The notes under the pieces are model-generated. The model did no database searches, was not told where the DNA came from, and worked only from the letters and a program-made list of their open reading frames with translations. From positions 4,096,001 through 4,160,000 of the forward strand of contig OY970296.1 of NCBI GenBank assembly GCA_963716175.1: a stretch of 64,000 nucleotides of DNA. The letters are read 5' to 3'. Shown here piece by piece: positions 60,694 through 64,000 of the stretch (position 1 is the first letter of the stretch; each line of letters begins with the position of its first letter). A program made the translations under genes and the position numbers. This DNA is from an uncultured Armatimonadetes bacterium. GTDB lineage: Bacteria; Armatimonadota; Hebobacteria; Hebobacterales; Hebobacteraceae.

Positions 60694-63600
60694 CTAGGCC
60701 GCGTCCGCGGCGATGACGTGCTCTGCGGCCACCTCAGCCTCCGCGGTTTCCTGCGCCTTCTCCCGTTGGGAAGGGCCGGATGAGACGGGCTGCTCGTCCC
60801 GCAGGCGCAGGCCGATGAGCTTGCTGACCCCGGCTTCTTCCATGGTGACGCCGTAGAGGATGTCGGCCGCCTCCATGGTCCCCTTGTTGTGAGTGATGAT
60901 GATGAACTGGGACTGCTGGGCGAACTCCCGCAGCACCTCGCAGTAGCGCCCCACATTGCTGTCGTCCAGGGGTGCGTCCACCTCGTCGAGGATGACAAAG
61001 GGCGAGGGCTTCACCTTGAGCAGCGCGAACAGGATGGCGGCCGCGGTCAGCGCCCGCTCACCACCGGAGAGCTGAAGGAGATCGCGCGTCTTCTTGCCCG
61101 GGGCGGTGACGGTGACATCCACGCCGGACTCCAGCACATTCTCTCCGCTGGTCAAGGTGAGATCGGCGTGGCCTCCGCCAAAGAGCCGCACGAAGAACCC
61201 GCGAAACTCGCGCTGGAGGGCCTCGAAGGCAGTCAGGAAGCGGGCGGTAGCCTCCTGGTCAATGGTGACGATGGCCTGCTGCAAGTCCTCCTGCGCGGCC
61301 TCCAGATCGCTGCGCTGAGCGCCGAGGAACTCGATCCGCTGCTTCACCCGCTCGTACTCCTCGATGGCGCCCAGGTTGACCTCACCCAGGGCCTCTATGC
61401 GGGACTGCAGTTCAGCCATCTTCTCCTTGGAGGCGGCGCGGCCCTCGATGGGCTTCGCCACCTGCTCGGCCTGCTCCAAGGTGAGGCGGAACTCCTCCAG
61501 CAGGGCGCGCTCGGTGAAGCCGATCTCACTGTCCAGTTGGGTGGTGCGCATCTGCGAGCGGTGGAGGCGCTGCTGCATCGCCTCCAGCTCTTCCCGGTGG
61601 CGGGCGGCGGCCTCCAGGTCGGAGGCGATCTGCTCCAGCAACTGCTGCCGCTCTCCCTGAGCGCGGGCCAGCTCCTGCTCGGCCGCCTGATGCCGCTCCC
61701 GCATGTTCTGGCACTCGACCTGCGCCCCCTGAAGTCCACCCTGCGCCTGCTCAAGGGACTTGGCGACCTGCTCCAGCAGGGCCTGCTTGTCCTCGATCGC
61801 GCTCTTCAGGGCTTCGCCGCGCTCCCGCTCTCTGCCCATGCGGACCTCGAGCGCGCGGAGATCGCCCTCCACCGCGGTCAGACTCACACGCAGCTCAGAG
61901 GTGGCAGCGTTGAGCTCCTCCCGCGCGTCGCGGCCCGAGCGCACCGCGGTCTCGAACTCGGCCATGGCGGACTCGACTGCGCGCTGCCGCTCCTCCAAGC
62001 CCTGTACCCGCGCGCCAACTGCGGCGCTCTCCTGCTCGATCTGCGCAACTTCGCCCTCCAGCCCGCTTTGCTCGGCCGCCAGCGCTTCCTCCCGCTCGCT
62101 CTCGAGACGCAGATTCTCAGCGAGCACCTGTGCCTCTCGCTCCGCCTCGGCCAGCGCCGCCACCGCGTCCTCCAGCTCGCGCTGGCGAGCCTGGGTGCTG
62201 GCCCGCCCCGCTTCCAGCTCCTGCTGGGCGCGACGCGAATCGGCCACGACCTGCTCCAGGTGGGCCTGGAGCTGCTGCTGCTCGTGCTCCAGGGCCGCGA
62301 TCTCCCGCTCGCGGCCGATGAGCTGTGGCCCTGTCGGCCTGCTGCCCCCGCTGATCGCACCCCAGGGCCTGATCACATCGCCGTCGGTGGTGACAATCGC
62401 CCGCCATCCCTGATGAGCGCGGCTGAGCTGCAGCGCGACCTCCAACTTCGCGGCCACCACCACCCGGCCCAGCAAATGCTCCACCACGGGTTGGGCCTCG
62501 GGGCTGCAGGACACCAGGTCGGCGGCTAGGCCAAGGCATCCGGGCTGGCGCGCCAGCTCCGCCAGCCCCTGCGGGCGCGGCGCGGGCCGCAGGTGCGAAA
62601 GCGGGAGAAACGTGGCGCGCCCGCCTCTGGTCTCCTTCAGGAATGCGATCGCGTCCGCCGCCTCCGCCTGAGTTGCCACCACCAAGTCGCCCACGGCCGG
62701 GCCGAGACTGGCCTCGATCGCCAGCTCCAGCTCCTGGGGGACATGGAGCAGATTGGCCACCGTCTGATAGCCGCCAGCGAGGCGGCCGCTCTGGGCCGCT
62801 GTCAGCACCGCCTTCACCCCTGCGCGCAGCCCGTCGCCCAGACGCTGCATCTCCTGCAGCGCTCCGCGCCGGGAGGCCACCGCGGAGAGCTGCTCTCGCA
62901 GCCGCAGCTCCTCTTTCGCCGCCTCCGCCAGGGCCCGGGCTGCGTCCTCGGCCTGTGAACCCAGGGAGTGCACCTCGGCCTGAATCCGGTTCCGGCGCGC
63001 TTCCGATTCCCGGGCCGCCCGGGTGGCCTCGCCCGCCCGGCCTTCGATCTCCCCCCGCCGAGCCTGGAGGGCGGTGCGCTGCTCTCCCAGCCGGGCGATG
63101 CGCGCTCGCGCCGCTTGCAGCAGTGATTCGCACTGCACCTGCTGGTTGCGGGCATCGGCCAGCTCGCGCAGCAGGTCCAGGTGGTCAGCGCGCTGCTGAT
63201 CCACGGAGTCGCCCGCGCTGCGCAGAGAACCGGCCTCGTCTCGCAGGCGTTTCTCGCGCGCAGCTATGTCTGCTCGCAACTGGCTCGCCCGCTCCGCCAG
63301 CTCTGGCCGCTGCCGCTCGGCCTCGGCCAGCTCTTGCTCGGCGGCGGCGAGCTGGCTCTGCAGTCGGGCCAGCTCATCGCCGGTGAGCGCCATCTGCCGC
63401 TGCAGGTCCTCGATCCGCTGCGTGGTCAGGTTCAGCCGCCCATCGGCGCGCTCCGTCTCCCGCGCCAGCCGCGCCACCAGCACCCGGGTCTCGTCCAGCC
63501 GCCCCTCCACCACTTGCACCTGGGCACGAAGCTCGGCCTCCTGGGCCGCGAACTGGTGAGTCCGGGTGCGGGCCGCCTCTATCTCCCGCTCCAGCTCCGT

Positions 63601-64000
63601 CTCCCGGTCCCGCGCCCGCGCCAGGTTCTCGGAGAGCGCCTGGTGCTCGTGCACGAGCAGGCTGAGCTTCAGGTCGAACAGCTCCTTGGAGAGCGCGCGG
63701 TACTCGCGCGCCGCCTCGGACTGCTGCGCGAGCGGGGCGACCTGGGCCTCCAGCTCGTGGAGGATATCGCTGACGCGGAGCAGGTTGGCGCACACTCTGT
63801 CGAGCTTGCGCTGGGCCTCGTTCTTGCGCTGGCGATAGCGCTGAATGCCGGCCGCCTGCTCGAAGATCTCTCTTCGGTCCTCGGAGCGGACGGAGAGGAT
63901 GCGGTCAATCTCGTTCTGGCTGATCACCGAGTAGGCATGCTTGCCAATGCCAGTGTCGAGCAAGAGCTCGTGGATATCGCGCAGCCGGCAGGGGACGCGG
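60694..64000 (-). CDS. smc: Chromosome segregation protein SMC (5' truncated by window)
   Basis: CRLRDI..L.LDTGIG, long coiled coils, hinge GGRATFLPL, LSGGE signature, ILDEVDAPLD, FIIITH. Confidence 0.95.
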   Translation of the reverse strand, partial: RVPCRLRDIHELLLDTGIGKHAYSVISQNEIDRILSVRSEDRREIFEQAAGIQRYRQRKNEAQRKLDRVCANLLRVSDILHELEAQVAPLAQQSEAAREYRALSKELFDLKLSLLVHEHQALSENLARARDRETELEREIEAARTRTHQFAAQEAELRAQVQVVEGRLDETRVLVARLARETERADGRLNLTTQRIEDLQRQMALTGDELARLQSQLAAAEQELAEAERQRPELAERASQLRADIAAREKRLRDEAGSLRSAGDSVDQQRADHLDLLRELADARNQQVQCESLLQAARARIARLGEQRTALQARRGEIEGRAGEATRAARESEARRNRIQAEVHSLGSQAEDAARALAEAAKEELRLREQLSAVASRRGALQEMQRLGDGLRAGVKAVLTAAQSGRLAGGYQTVANLLHVPQELELAIEASLGPAVGDLVVATQAEAADAIAFLKETRGGRATFLPLSHLRPAPRPQGLAELARQPGCLGLAADLVSCSPEAQPVVEHLLGRVVVAAKLEVALQLSRAHQGWRAIVTTDGDVIRPWGAISGGSRPTGPQLIGREREIAALEHEQQQLQAHLEQVVADSRRAQQELEAGRASTQARQRELEDAVAALAEAEREAQVLAENLRLESEREEALAAEQSGLEGEVAQIEQESAAVGARVQGLEERQRAVESAMAEFETAVRSGRDAREELNAATSELRVSLTAVEGDLRALEVRMGRERERGEALKSAIEDKQALLEQVAKSLEQAQGGLQGAQVECQNMRERHQAAEQELARAQGERQQLLEQIASDLEAAARHREELEAMQQRLHRSQMRTTQLDSEIGFTERALLEEFRLTLEQAEQVAKPIEGRAASKEKMAELQSRIEALGEVNLGAIEEYERVKQRIEFLGAQRSDLEAAQEDLQQAIVTIDQEATARFLTAFEALQREFRGFFVRLFGGGHADLTLTSGENVLESGVDVTVTAPGKKTRDLLQLSGGERALTAAAILFALLKVKPSPFVILDEVDAPLDDSNVGRYCEVLREFAQQSQFIIITHNKGTMEAADILYGVTMEEAGVSKLIGLRLRDEQPVSSGPSQREKAQETAEAEVAAEHVIAADAA

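Noticed and set aside
60432-60998. 188-aa minus-strand ORF containing SNLKSQI repeats
   Set aside because: Translation of the heptamer array in a frame overlapping smc; no independent coding evidence

Overview
GC-rich bacterial chromosome segment. The pilus and secretin architecture suggests Armatimonadota or a similar lineage, but that is inference only. Most genes are housekeeping: gatB end, gyrB/gyrA, pyrE, cobO, folC, glyA, purH, aroB, queH, hisG, smc and one tRNA(CAT). The window also holds two type II toxin-antitoxin pairs and a ~23 kb minus-strand type IV pilus/T2SS-like cluster (pilB, pilT, pilC, pilD, five prepilin-type genes, pilMNOP, an STN-only protein and a secretin). Five genes, including essential gyrB, carry one frameshift each, most likely assembly errors. 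The most striking signal is several co-existing short repeat families. GTAG/GTTG-headed REP-like palindromes fill intergenic gaps and also sit in frame inside the cleavable leaders of four consecutive prepilin-type genes and inside pilD. 9-nt ATCTGCGNN arrays follow several stop codons. 7-nt GATTTGA arrays bracket a four-helix-bundle gene that carries an inverted copy of the same repeat in its reading frame. A promoter-to-terminator ~155-nt transcript encodes a 10-aa ORF, and several pilus assembly proteins have Gly/RGG low-complexity tails.
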